DNA of 64,000 nucleotides from a virus: the IMG/VR virus record IMGVR_UViG_3300047476_001831, positions 18,086 to 82,085 of that record, one strand, 5' to 3'. Positions 16,174 through 24,990 of the stretch are shown here, piece after piece; the stretch's first letter is position 1; every line of letters starts with the position of its first letter. Below the pieces are notes generated by a model. The model worked only from the letters and a program-made list of their open reading frames with translations. It made no database searches and was not told where the DNA came from. A program made the translations under genes and the position numbers.

Positions 16174-16245
16174 GCACCCATAGTTAAAAGGATATAACCT
16201 ATCTCTTCTAAAGATATATTCCTAGTTCGAGTCTAGGTGGGTGTA
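16174..16245 (+). tRNA. trnR: tRNA-Arg(UCU)
   Basis: Cloverleaf, CT-TCT-AA. Confidence 0.93.
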
Positions 16246-16269
16246 CTAACTATAAAAAAAACATAAACA

Positions 16270-16689
16270 ATGAAAAACTTTTTATTTTCTATACTCTTTA
16301 TTTTACCATTAGTTTCATTTGGTCAATTAGGAAAAACACAAAAAGAAATCAAAGAAACTTTAGGTAATGAATATGCAGTAGATTTTGTGGATAGATTTAC
16401 AAACTACATTTATGATTTCAATTTCCTATATGAAGACAAATGGATGACTGAAAGATATATTTTCACATTTGAAAGGGTAAATGGTGATATGTATTGCACA
16501 AATTGGCAAATAGTTCGTCCAATTGAAACATACAATCAAACATATTGGGAGTTAGAAGATTATTTCAAACTAAACGATACCATTTATATTGGTGAAATTG
16601 ATAAAACCAAAATGAATATAAACTTGTTTAGAGGAGAGGGTTATTATTGTATAAATGTCACATATAAACCAGAATATAAATTAAATTAA
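16270..16689 (+). CDS. Secreted hypothetical protein
   Basis: Signal peptide ending SFGQ. Confidence 0.7.
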   Translation: MKNFLFSILFILPLVSFGQLGKTQKEIKETLGNEYAVDFVDRFTNYIYDFNFLYEDKWMTERYIFTFERVNGDMYCTNWQIVRPIETYNQTYWELEDYFKLNDTIYIGEIDKTKMNINLFRGEGYYCINVTYKPEYKLN

Positions 16690-16698
16690 ATTAAAATT

Positions 16699-16872
16699 AT
16701 GAAGTTCAAAGTAGGAGACAAAGTTTTCAAACCAAAAGGTTACAAATTCCCAGGTATTGTTGTTGCGGTATTCCAAACCACATCAGGTGACACGAGAGTT
16801 GTTGCAGAGTTAATTGATAACGGAATGTTACACATTTTTAGTGAGAGTCAATTGGAACTTGATAATAACTAA
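16699..16872 (+). CDS. Small SH3-fold protein resembling DfrB/R67 type II DHFR homologues (57 aa)
   Basis: MKFKVGDKVFKPKGYKFPGIVVAVF...GMLHIFSESQLE. Confidence 0.55.
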   Translation: MKFKVGDKVFKPKGYKFPGIVVAVFQTTSGDTRVVAELIDNGMLHIFSESQLELDNN

Positions 16873-16891
16873 ATTAAAAACTAATATTGAG

Positions 16892-17131
16892 ATGAAAAAA
16901 ACCCCAATTCAAAATGTTATTGACAAAGTTGAGAAACTCGTAAGAGAAAGTGAAGTTGGTACAGAGGAAAGAAGAAAACTGAATCTTGTAGTTTCTTATC
17001 TGTGGGACGAACTTGACAATGAGAGGAAAAATATGACTGAAGTGTTTGATTCTTGTAAAAAAGAACATAGGGAGGTAACAGGAAAAATGTGGGTTAATAA
17101 ACATTTTATGGATTACGAAAAATTTTTATGA
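16892..17131 (+). CDS. Hypothetical protein (likely start MKKTPIQ)
   Basis: Within ORF 16814..17131. Confidence 0.6.
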   Translation: MKKTPIQNVIDKVEKLVRESEVGTEERRKLNLVVSYLWDELDNERKNMTEVFDSCKKEHREVTGKMWVNKHFMDYEKFL

Positions 17132-17259
17132 TGGAAAACGAAAATCAGGGTAAAACACCAAAACAAATCAAATTATCCTACCAAATCTTTGCAGGTTCAA
17201 TGTTGGGTTTAATTATATTAGGTTTGGTTTATCTCATTAAGTTGGGATTTGGATTGTAA
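17128..17259 (+). CDS. Small membrane protein (43 aa)
   Basis: MMENENQGKTPKQIK...GLIILGLVYLIKLGFGL. Confidence 0.5.
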   Translation: MMENENQGKTPKQIKLSYQIFAGSMLGLIILGLVYLIKLGFGL

Positions 17260-17298
17260 ATGAAGGTTGGGTGGTGTAATGGTAGCCACGCAAGACTT

Positions 17299-18265
17299 AA
17301 AGAAAACTCGTAAAATTCTAAAAAAAATGTGTTTGTTAGTTCGGTTTAGGTACATTTGTTGATATTTATATATAAAGAAGTTTATATGAAAACAAAATAC
17401 AACAAAGAGGTATTAACCGAGGCAATTAGAAAAAGTTTTTCGATTGCCGAAACTTGTAGAAATCTGTCAATTAGACCTAGTGGTGGTAATTACAAAACAT
17501 TAAATTCTTTAATAAAAGAATACGATATTGACATTACTCACTTTACAGGACAAGGTTGGAATGTTGGATTGAAATTTAGACCAATGAAAACTTACTTATT
17601 AGAAGATATCTTGGTTGAAGATTCACAATATAGAAGTTCTTACAAACTAAAAAACAAATTGTTTGAAAATGGGATTAAACAAGAAAAATGTGAGGTTTGT
17701 TCAAATTCGGTATGGAACAATAAAAAAATTCCTCTTGAACTCCACCATATAAATGGAGTGAATACTGATAACAGAATAGAAAACTTACAGATTTTATGTT
17801 GTAATTGTCACGCACAAACTGAAAATTTTAGAAAAGGGAAGAGTGCTCTCGCTGAAAAGAGGGAAGTAGAATACCGTAAATTCAAGGAAGCCTCAGCTAG
17901 TAATGTTGGTGGTAATCTTGAGCCAAGTCTCAGGAATGAGAAAGGTGCAGAGACTAGACACGGTACATCTAAGTCTAAAAAACCAAAAAGACTTTGTAGT
18001 CTTTGTGATAAAGTTTTGAAGAATAATCAGACAACATATTGTTCAACAGAATGTTATTATCAAGGAACAAAAGGTAAAAGACCCCCAGTATTTGAACTTA
18101 TTAAAAAATTTGAAGACCTAAAAACATTTGTTAGTGTTGGAAAATTTTATAATGTTAGTGATAATGCAGTTAGGAAATGGTGTTCTTATTATGGTATTTT
18201 AGATATGGTGAAGGTATAGTCCAGACTACAAACAAGAAATTGGTGGTGAAAACCATAGTAGTAAG
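17299..18265 (+). mobile_element. Group I intron (IC3, trnL-type), 967 nt, with homing endonuclease
   Basis: P AAATTCAAGGAAGCC, Q GGTAATCTTGAGCCAAG, R GGTGCAGAGACTAG, S GAAGGTATAGTCC; P3 TACCGT/ACGGTA; terminal G 18265. Confidence 0.92.
17386..18219 (+). CDS. Intron-encoded HNH homing endonuclease with C-terminal Zn finger/HTH
   Basis: CEVC...LELHHINGVNTDNRIENLQILCCNCHAQT; likely start 17386. Confidence 0.9.
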   Translation: MKTKYNKEVLTEAIRKSFSIAETCRNLSIRPSGGNYKTLNSLIKEYDIDITHFTGQGWNVGLKFRPMKTYLLEDILVEDSQYRSSYKLKNKLFENGIKQEKCEVCSNSVWNNKKIPLELHHINGVNTDNRIENLQILCCNCHAQTENFRKGKSALAEKREVEYRKFKEASASNVGGNLEPSLRNEKGAETRHGTSKSKKPKRLCSLCDKVLKNNQTTYCSTECYYQGTKGKRPPVFELIKKFEDLKTFVSVGKFYNVSDNAVRKWCSYYGILDMVKV

Positions 18266-18320
18266 AAAATCTTGTGGTCAGTAAGACCGTGCGGGTTCGA
18301 GTCCCGCCCCGACTACTAAA

Positions 18321-18394
18321 GATTCTATAGCTCAATTGGTTAGAGCTTTCCGCTCATAACGGAGGGGTTCGAGGTTCAAGTCCTCGTGGAATCA
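18321..18394 (+). tRNA. tRNA(CAU), probably Ile2 (lysidine) or Met
   Basis: Cloverleaf, CT-CAT-AA, A73. Confidence 0.88.
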
Positions 18395-18399
18395 CAATT

Positions 18400-18485
18400 G
18401 CCTAAGTGGCGGAATTGGTAAACGCAATTGTCTTAGAAACAATCGTCACATAAATGACTTGTGGGTTCGACTCCCACCTTGGGTA
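18400..18485 (+). tRNA. trnL: tRNA-Leu(UAG)
   Basis: CT-TAG-AA, long variable arm. Confidence 0.93.
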
Positions 18486-18518
18486 CAATATTTTTTCACG
18501 TCTAATTCAATTAATTAA

Positions 18519-18797
18519 ATGAAAGACATTATAAAAACTTTTTTATTCCTCAATTTAATATTCTATACTTTGGGGATGTATCACTTCAATACAATAAACA
18601 TCTTTAAGTTTGATGAAATTGATAGTATATTAAATCAACATACCGATTCTAACAATTCAATTAATTTTTTATTAGGTTGTGAATTGGTGTTATTTTTTAT
18701 TTCATTTCTATTAAAAAAGATTACTACAATGTTATATATCTTATTAGGATTTTTGTTAGTAATGTATTTCTTGGGGTTTCTAAATCCTGAACAATAA
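18519..18797 (+). CDS. Membrane protein
   Basis: Three hydrophobic segments. Confidence 0.6.
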   Translation: MKDIIKTFLFLNLIFYTLGMYHFNTINIFKFDEIDSILNQHTDSNNSINFLLGCELVLFFISFLLKKITTMLYILLGFLLVMYFLGFLNPEQ

Positions 18798-18810
18798 GAT
18801 ATTTATTGTT

Positions 18811-18990
18811 ATGAAAAGAATTTTTATTTTCATTTTAATCACATTTCTAATCTCTTCTTGTAATGTCTTTTACAGAGAGAATTGTGCGTCTTATTCCCAA
18901 TCTAGTATTAGACACAAAACCAAAAGTCCCAACTTAAAATATAAAGGAAAAGGAAACTCATTACCAAGATATATGAGAAATAGGGACTAA
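18811..18990 (+). CDS. Small basic lipoprotein (59 aa)
   Basis: MKRIFIFILITFLISSC lipobox; ATATTTAT upstream. Confidence 0.6.
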   Translation: MKRIFIFILITFLISSCNVFYRENCASYSQSSIRHKTKSPNLKYKGKGNSLPRYMRNRD

Positions 18991-19037
18991 TCTTATTTGA
19001 TTTTTTCATCCTTTATTTATATGTTTCTGTAAAAATT

Positions 19038-19346
19038 ATGGAACTGAAAATACTAAAAAAAGATACCAATGTTACTTACTATTTTCCCCACGGAAATAAC
19101 GAACCATATTGTGTTACCTTCTTAAAATCAGGATGGAAAGGACAATATCACGTAATATCTGAATGGGGTGATTCTGGTGACTTTACACACAGATTGATGA
19201 GTCCGATTCAAATAATAGATTTGTATCATATTGATGCTAACGATTTACCTATAAATGACCAAGTATATTGTGTAACTAAACAAGAGATTTTGAATCATCC
19301 AAATGATTATGATTTAGGTGAATTTGTTAGGAGAAAAATTTCTTAA
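19038..19346 (+). CDS. Hypothetical protein
   Basis: ORF. Confidence 0.7.
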   Translation: MELKILKKDTNVTYYFPHGNNEPYCVTFLKSGWKGQYHVISEWGDSGDFTHRLMSPIQIIDLYHIDANDLPINDQVYCVTKQEILNHPNDYDLGEFVRRKIS

Positions 19347-19386
19347 TCCGAATAGTTTGTTTATCTTTGTATGAAACAAAATAGTT

Positions 19387-19560
19387 ATGAAAAAGGAGAA
19401 CAAAATAAAAACAACAATTGATGCCATAGGGAATGGTGCTCGTTTGGTTTATTTAGAGAAAAATCCACATGGATATTCTTCTGTAACAAAGATTCATAAA
19501 AGTAATAAACAATATTCACGTAAAAACAAAAGATATGAAATACAAAATCTATTTGGATGA
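19387..19560 (+). CDS. Small basic protein (57 aa), possible ArfA-like ribosome rescue factor
   Basis: Manual translation; KIHKSNKQYSRKNK tail. Confidence 0.45.
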   Translation: MKKENKIKTTIDAIGNGARLVYLEKNPHGYSSVTKIHKSNKQYSRKNKRYEIQNLFG

Positions 19561-19963
19561 TGAAAGAACTCCAAACGACAAAGATTGGGTAATCGTTAGA
19601 AACTATGGTCAATTTATCAAAAAAATATCCGATATTGGATTGGAGAATATTGATATGATTTCATTTGATCACGATTTAGGTGACACTGCCGTTGAGGAAT
19701 ATTATAGAAATGTTATTAAAAAAGGTATATTAGATTATGACAATATCGAAGAAAGAACTGGTTATGATGCGGCTAAATGGTTGGTCGGATATTACATGGA
19801 CAATTACACCAACTCAACTCATTTTCCTCAAGTATTTGTCCACTCAGCCAATCCTGTGGGAGCTGCTAATATTGTTAATTATATTAATGGTTTCCTAAGA
19901 CATATGGACAAAAAAGAAACCGCAAAATTGAAAGTTCACCCGTTCACCATTCAAGATAAATAA
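19535..19963 (+). CDS. Cyclic-phosphate processing receiver-domain protein
   Basis: IYLDDERTP, ISFDHDLG, TGYDAAKWL, HSANPVGA. Confidence 0.85.
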   Translation: MKYKIYLDDERTPNDKDWVIVRNYGQFIKKISDIGLENIDMISFDHDLGDTAVEEYYRNVIKKGILDYDNIEERTGYDAAKWLVGYYMDNYTNSTHFPQVFVHSANPVGAANIVNYINGFLRHMDKKETAKLKVHPFTIQDK

Positions 19964-20455
19964 ATGAATATCTTTTTTTTGGATTATGATGTTGTCAAAT
20001 GTGCCAAATACCATTGTGACAAACACGTTGTTAAAATGATTTTGGAATCAGCACAATTACTTTGTTCTGCACACCACGTTACAAACTCCAAATTAGAAAT
20101 TCCTTACAAACTTTCACACAGAAACCACCCCTGTTCAATATGGGTTAGAGAATCGTTATCAAACTATTTCTATCTATGTGAATTGGGGTTGGAATTGTGT
20201 AAAGAATACACTTATCGTTATGGTAAAAGACATAAGTCCCAAGATGTTATTGAGTGGTGTGTAATAAATCCTATTAATGTAATTGATAAAGATTTTACTG
20301 AGCCACCCAAGGCTATGCCTGATGAATATAAGGTTAAATCTGTAATTGAAAGTTATAGGAATTATTATATTGGTGCAAAAAAATCTTTTGTTTCTTGGAA
20401 AAATCGTGATATTCCCTATTGGTTTTGTGAAGAAAATCACTTAGAATTAGTATAA
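19964..20455 (+). CDS. Pyrimidine-dimer DNA glycosylase/endonuclease V family protein
   Basis: MNIFFLD...HCDKHVVKMILESAQLL, H.NHPC..W, YRNYY. Confidence 0.82.
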   Translation: MNIFFLDYDVVKCAKYHCDKHVVKMILESAQLLCSAHHVTNSKLEIPYKLSHRNHPCSIWVRESLSNYFYLCELGLELCKEYTYRYGKRHKSQDVIEWCVINPINVIDKDFTEPPKAMPDEYKVKSVIESYRNYYIGAKKSFVSWKNRDIPYWFCEENHLELV

Positions 20456-20461
20456 AAAATT

Positions 20462-20722
20462 ATGACAGAGGAAAAATTCAATGAGTTGAAAACTCTAAAA
20501 GAAGAAATAAATAAATTGGAGCGTAAGTTATCTACGATTAATAATTTGTTGGAATCCGTTAATTTGAATATGGAAATCAAAGGAACTTCCACTTGTCATT
20601 TCAAGATTAACAGATTTATTAATATTGATGGGGATGATTTTATTAAAACTATTTTAGATTCCGAGAGAAAAACAACTGAATTTAATTTATCACAACTAAA
20701 ACAAGAATTTGAAGCCAAATAA
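20462..20722 (+). CDS. Hypothetical coiled-coil protein
   Basis: ORF. Confidence 0.65.
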   Translation: MTEEKFNELKTLKEEINKLERKLSTINNLLESVNLNMEIKGTSTCHFKINRFINIDGDDFIKTILDSERKTTEFNLSQLKQEFEAK

Positions 20723-20783
20723 TTATGGATACATATAATAAAATTATGACAGCAATTTTGATGACCTTATTTTTCATTTTAAT

Positions 20784-21410
20784 ATGGAGAGTAAGAAAAA
20801 AAAGAAGAGCATGATTCTTAAAAAACATATTGGGGTAATAGTTTTTAGTGTTGGGGTTATTTCATTATTTTGTACTTTTTGGTTTATTGGGTTAATCAAA
20901 AATCCATTTAAAAAAAATGAACTTAGAATTGAAAACACAAACATATTAGTTGACGATATAAAAGTAATATCTCAACTTTTTACTTCGTCATACTATACTG
21001 AAATAGTTGTAGATTCAATTAAAAAAACACCTGGAATATTCTCGGATTATAATTATCATTTGGTTATTGTAGCACGAGGAACATCTTATATTGGTACAGA
21101 CCTCTCACAACTAGACACATCAAATATTGTAATTAGTAAAGAAGATGATAAAATAAATTGTACTCTAATACTACCCTCAGCAAAAATATTTAACACGGTT
21201 GTTAATCCATCAGGATTTAGTATTTTTATGGATAGTAAAGGATTTACACCTAACGAAGTTCAATCAACTAAGAACAAGGCCTTAATTGAAATTGAGAAGG
21301 ATGTGGTAAAGAATGGGATGTTAGAAAAAGCGAATGAAAGAACAAAAAAATTATTTACTGACTTATTAGTTGGGATGGGATTTTCTAAAGTTACGATTAT
21401 TATCAAATGA
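20784..21410 (+). CDS. DUF4230-like membrane-anchored protein
   Basis: TM helix; GTDLSQL...LILPSAKI...LEKANERTKKLF..LL..MGF. Confidence 0.65.
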   Translation: MESKKKKKSMILKKHIGVIVFSVGVISLFCTFWFIGLIKNPFKKNELRIENTNILVDDIKVISQLFTSSYYTEIVVDSIKKTPGIFSDYNYHLVIVARGTSYIGTDLSQLDTSNIVISKEDDKINCTLILPSAKIFNTVVNPSGFSIFMDSKGFTPNEVQSTKNKALIEIEKDVVKNGMLEKANERTKKLFTDLLVGMGFSKVTIIIK

Positions 21411-21991
21411 GAAAAATATTAATATTAATAGTGTTCTTTTTTATTTCTTGTGTTAAAGAAAAAGAATTACCCAATGAAGACCAAATCCTTAATAAGGTTA
21501 GTGAAATGTCTACATTAGGTACGGTTGAATATAACTTAACTAAGATTATTCAAGTTGATGACAAACAATGGTATTCTATCGGACCTAGGAAGATATTGTT
21601 GGAGTGTAAAGCGTATGTAAAAGCTGGAATTGATTTTAGAGAAATTAAAATTGTTGAAATTAATGATAGTTTAAAAAGTATTAAGGTTGAGATACCTGAT
21701 GCAAAAATACTGATAGTTAATATCCCACCAAATGACATAAGAGTAATAAATACTCACGTTGGTTTGTTAAGGGCAAACTTTACCCACGAAGAATTGGATG
21801 AAATCCAAAAACAAGCCGAAGAAGATATCAATAACAAAATACAGGATTTGAATATTTTGTTTGATGCAAAAAAGAATGGGAAATTATTTTTACAAAACTT
21901 TTTAAGAAATTTAGGTTTCCAACGAATTACAATTATTGATAATAATTATATAATACCCACTATATCCAACTATGACACACAAACTAACTAA
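21407..21991 (+). CDS. DUF4230-like lipoprotein
   Basis: Lipobox FISC; LGTVEY, VKAGIDF, FLRNLGF. Confidence 0.75.
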   Translation: MRKILILIVFFFISCVKEKELPNEDQILNKVSEMSTLGTVEYNLTKIIQVDDKQWYSIGPRKILLECKAYVKAGIDFREIKIVEINDSLKSIKVEIPDAKILIVNIPPNDIRVINTHVGLLRANFTHEELDEIQKQAEEDINNKIQDLNILFDAKKNGKLFLQNFLRNLGFQRITIIDNNYIIPTISNYDTQTN

Positions 21992-22238
21992 ATTTCAAAC
22001 CCAAACTTGGGAAAAAATACAACCAATAATAAAAAAACATCCATACGAAGTAACTTTTAATTTTGATGATGATTTTGTAATTACACAACAAATAAAAGAT
22101 AAGAATTACACCATTACTTTATTTCCAAAAGATGAAGTTTCATTCACAATATATAGACCTGATGGTGGTAGTAATTTGTATTTTTATAGTGATGTGTCTA
22201 AGTTTTTGTATGACTTAAAATCTTTGGTTGATTTATAA
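21972..22238 (+). CDS. Hypothetical protein
   Basis: ORF. Confidence 0.6.
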   Translation: MTHKLTKFQTQTWEKIQPIIKKHPYEVTFNFDDDFVITQQIKDKNYTITLFPKDEVSFTIYRPDGGSNLYFYSDVSKFLYDLKSLVDL

Positions 22239-22260
22239 TCTCCAAAAATATTTTTTAAAA

Positions 22261-22299
22261 AATCCCCATTTTAATTTTGATATTAGGATGGGGTTTTTT
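22261..22299 (+). terminator. Intrinsic terminator
   Basis: CCCCAT...ATGGGG stem plus T-tract. Confidence 0.7.
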
Positions 22300-22329
22300 A
22301 TCTTTGTAAGACAATAAAACGAAATAGAA

Positions 22330-22815
22330 ATGGGAACAAATTACTACAGAATACCAAGTGTTGAAGAAATGGAAAAAAGAAAAGAAGAATTGATTGACAA
22401 TATCAACTCCTTGGATATTTCACCATTGTCAATTGAAAGAAAATTTACAACAATCCAAAAAGAAAATGATTGGGATACTTATTCAATTTGGGATTTGTTC
22501 ACCGAAAATACAAGTATTCATTTAGGTAAGCGTAGTAGTGGATGGAAATTTTTATGGAACTTTCATCAAAACAAATTCTACTCCAACAAAGAAGAACTAT
22601 TTAATTTTATAAGAAGTGGTAGAGTTGTAGATGAATATGGTGATGAAATGGAAGTTGAGGAGTTTATCACAATGGCATTAGAGTGGGGACAACCTAATGG
22701 TTTAGATAGTGAAACATATCGTAAAGAACATCCTCGTCAATACCACTACGATTTTGAAGAAAAAGAAAAATATATTGATGGGCTTAGAGTTTCACCTCAT
22801 ACAGATTTTTGTTAA
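22330..22815 (+). CDS. Phage hypothetical protein
   Basis: MGTNYY...HLGKRSSGWKFLW...DEYG. Confidence 0.75.
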   Translation: MGTNYYRIPSVEEMEKRKEELIDNINSLDISPLSIERKFTTIQKENDWDTYSIWDLFTENTSIHLGKRSSGWKFLWNFHQNKFYSNKEELFNFIRSGRVVDEYGDEMEVEEFITMALEWGQPNGLDSETYRKEHPRQYHYDFEEKEKYIDGLRVSPHTDFC

Positions 22816-22836
22816 CAATTTAAAATATTAAGAACT

Positions 22837-23130
22837 ATGGCAAAGAGATTATCATATGAAGAAAAGAAAGAAAAATTATTGGTTGATATAATCAATAAAA
22901 TGTTTGAAATTGCAGGACATGATGTTACCTTTGAGGATATCAAAGACCGAAAAGATGATTGGTATAATCAATGGACTATGACTGAAGACCAATACAATGA
23001 ATGGAGAAAATGGGGTGCTAAACAAATCAAAAAGTTGATGAAGTTAACTGATGTTTATGCTGACAGACAAATGGCAATGATTGGATTGAATTATGGATTG
23101 AAATTTGAAAAACCTATAGAAATATCTTAA
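22837..23130 (+). CDS. Hypothetical protein
   Basis: ORF. Confidence 0.7.
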   Translation: MAKRLSYEEKKEKLLVDIINKMFEIAGHDVTFEDIKDRKDDWYNQWTMTEDQYNEWRKWGAKQIKKLMKLTDVYADRQMAMIGLNYGLKFEKPIEIS

Positions 23131-23544
23131 ATGGAAAAAGACATAATCACCTATCAAAGTGTTTTCTTGGATGATGTAAACATTACAGTCCTATTTAAAG
23201 AAAATGAAAATTACGATATTGTTAAAAATCTTTTTGACAAATATGGATTTGGTTTTTATTATCCGAAATCAAAAACAATTATAATTGATGGTGAGATATT
23301 TCTTGATACTGAACTAACATTTGATGATTTGAGATTTGTTGAGGCACACGAGATAGGTCATCTGTTGTTAAATCACAAAGGTGGAATTAGATATGATGAA
23401 GACGAAATTGATGCTGATTTAGTTGCATATATGTTACTCAAAAAACAAGGATTAACCACCGATAGATTGGTGGATACATTTGAAGAAAGACACGGAGTTG
23501 AGTTTTCAACAGAATTACTCAAAAGAGTAAAAAACAAGTTTTAA
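23131..23544 (+). CDS. HExxH metallopeptidase-like protein (ImmA/IrrE-like)
   Basis: FVEAHEIGHLLLNH...EIDADLVA. Confidence 0.7.
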   Translation: MEKDIITYQSVFLDDVNITVLFKENENYDIVKNLFDKYGFGFYYPKSKTIIIDGEIFLDTELTFDDLRFVEAHEIGHLLLNHKGGIRYDEDEIDADLVAYMLLKKQGLTTDRLVDTFEERHGVEFSTELLKRVKNKF

Positions 23545-23548
23545 CAAC

Positions 23549-23575
23549 AAAGTCCAACTTAGGTTGGACTTTTTT
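23549..23575 (+). terminator. Intrinsic terminator
   Basis: AAGTCCAAC/GTTGGACTT plus T-tract. Confidence 0.75.
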
Positions 23576-23627
23576 AATTTAATTGGTATTTATTTGTTAT
23601 AAATAAATTATCAAAAATTTGTATTGA

Positions 23628-24233
23628 ATGTCCTCAGATATTATTGTAGCATTTATTTCAGGGGTGATGGGACCTGTGACATTATTATATGCAAAACACT
23701 TATTAGATAAAAGAAAGAAAAAACCTGATATGTTACAAGATGCACTCAAAGTTGGGGAACTTGTAATGTCAAAAATAGAACATATAAGAGACGAATTGAA
23801 TTGTGATAGAGTTTGGGTTACTCAGTTCCATAATGGAGGTAACTTCTATCCAACAGGGAAATCTATGGCTAAATTCAGTATGATATATGAAGTTGTTGGG
23901 CCTAATACAAATTCTAAACAAAACAACTTTAAAAATTTGCCAGTAAATCTTTTCACAAAATCAATTAATGAATTATTTGAAAATGATATAATTGAAATTC
24001 CTGATTTCAAAGATGAAACAATTGCAACATTTGGATTAAAATATATTGCTGAAGAAACGAATTGTAAGTCACAATATATTTTCGCAATTAAAACTTTGGA
24101 TAATAAGTTTATTGGAACTCTCGGAATTGATTATACAAAAAGAAAAACAAAATTGGATATGGAAACAATAAACCACATTGCAGTTCATGCTGGAACATTA
24201 GGTGGTGTACTAATGAATCATTTAAAACAATAG
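23628..24233 (+). CDS. N-terminal TM plus GAF-like domain protein (possible holin)
   Basis: TM helix; DRVWVTQFHNGG...FIGTLGIDY GAF-like pattern; TATTTAT upstream. Confidence 0.5.
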   Translation: MSSDIIVAFISGVMGPVTLLYAKHLLDKRKKKPDMLQDALKVGELVMSKIEHIRDELNCDRVWVTQFHNGGNFYPTGKSMAKFSMIYEVVGPNTNSKQNNFKNLPVNLFTKSINELFENDIIEIPDFKDETIATFGLKYIAEETNCKSQYIFAIKTLDNKFIGTLGIDYTKRKTKLDMETINHIAVHAGTLGGVLMNHLKQ

Positions 24234-24234
24234 T

Positions 24235-24990
24235 ATGTCTAATGTAAAAAATAATATTAAAAGTATTTCAAACATTAATCTCACAAATTTGAATGAATTT
24301 AGAGATAATGTAGATGAAAATTTTGGGAAAGCCCTTGAACTTTTGATTACTAATTGGGTAAGTAATGGTAAATTCACAATAAGTATTGCAACAATTCCAA
24401 ACGATAACAGTAAAGTTAAATTTTCTACATTTTTGTCAGGAACAACAACTGACGTTAAATATGATTTTCTTAAACATATTAATGAAAATATAAATACAAA
24501 TGACCAAATAAAAAAACTAGGACAATTTTCAGTTGACACTTCAAACAATGAATTAGGTTTTAAATCATCAACAACTCCAGCTGTAGATTGGAAAAATTAT
24601 CCTTGTGTTACAAGTTCAACAGATAAAAAAGAAGTAAAATTAGTTGATGGTAGTGTTACTTATGAAATAAGTGGATTCACATATTACGCTAATGGTACAA
24701 AAAAAGATAAAACCGGGAATGTATCAAATTATGTTTGTTCTGAAGATAAAAAAACAATTATGTCAGCTTCAACAACAACATTAACTGTAGGAGGTGGTTC
24801 ACCAAGTAGTGGAGGTTCAACTGGATTAGCAACAGGTAGGTCAGCTATTGCCGCTGAATTAGAAAAACAAGGTGCCGGGGGAAGTCTTGCAACAACTGTT
24901 AAAAATTTAAAAACTACTACCACCGAATCAACATCAAATAAAACTTTACTTGAAGAAGTAAAAAGAATGAAAAAATTAATGTCATTATGA
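24235..24990 (+). CDS. Hypothetical virion-associated protein
   Basis: W..YPCV domain; C-terminal LLEEVKRMKKLM. Confidence 0.6.
   Translation: MSNVKNNIKSISNINLTNLNEFRDNVDENFGKALELLITNWVSNGKFTISIATIPNDNSKVKFSTFLSGTTTDVKYDFLKHINENINTNDQIKKLGQFSVDTSNNELGFKSSTTPAVDWKNYPCVTSSTDKKEVKLVDGSVTYEISGFTYYANGTKKDKTGNVSNYVCSEDKKTIMSASTTTLTVGGGSPSSGGSTGLATGRSAIAAELEKQGAGGSLATTVKNLKTTTTESTSNKTLLEEVKRMKKLMSL

Larger units (their letters stand above)
17265..18315 (+). tRNA. trnL: tRNA-Leu(UAA), split by group I intron (exons 17265-17298 and 18266-18315)
   Basis: Joined exons give CAAGA-CTTAAAA-TCTTG, Leu variable arm and T arm. Confidence 0.92.
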
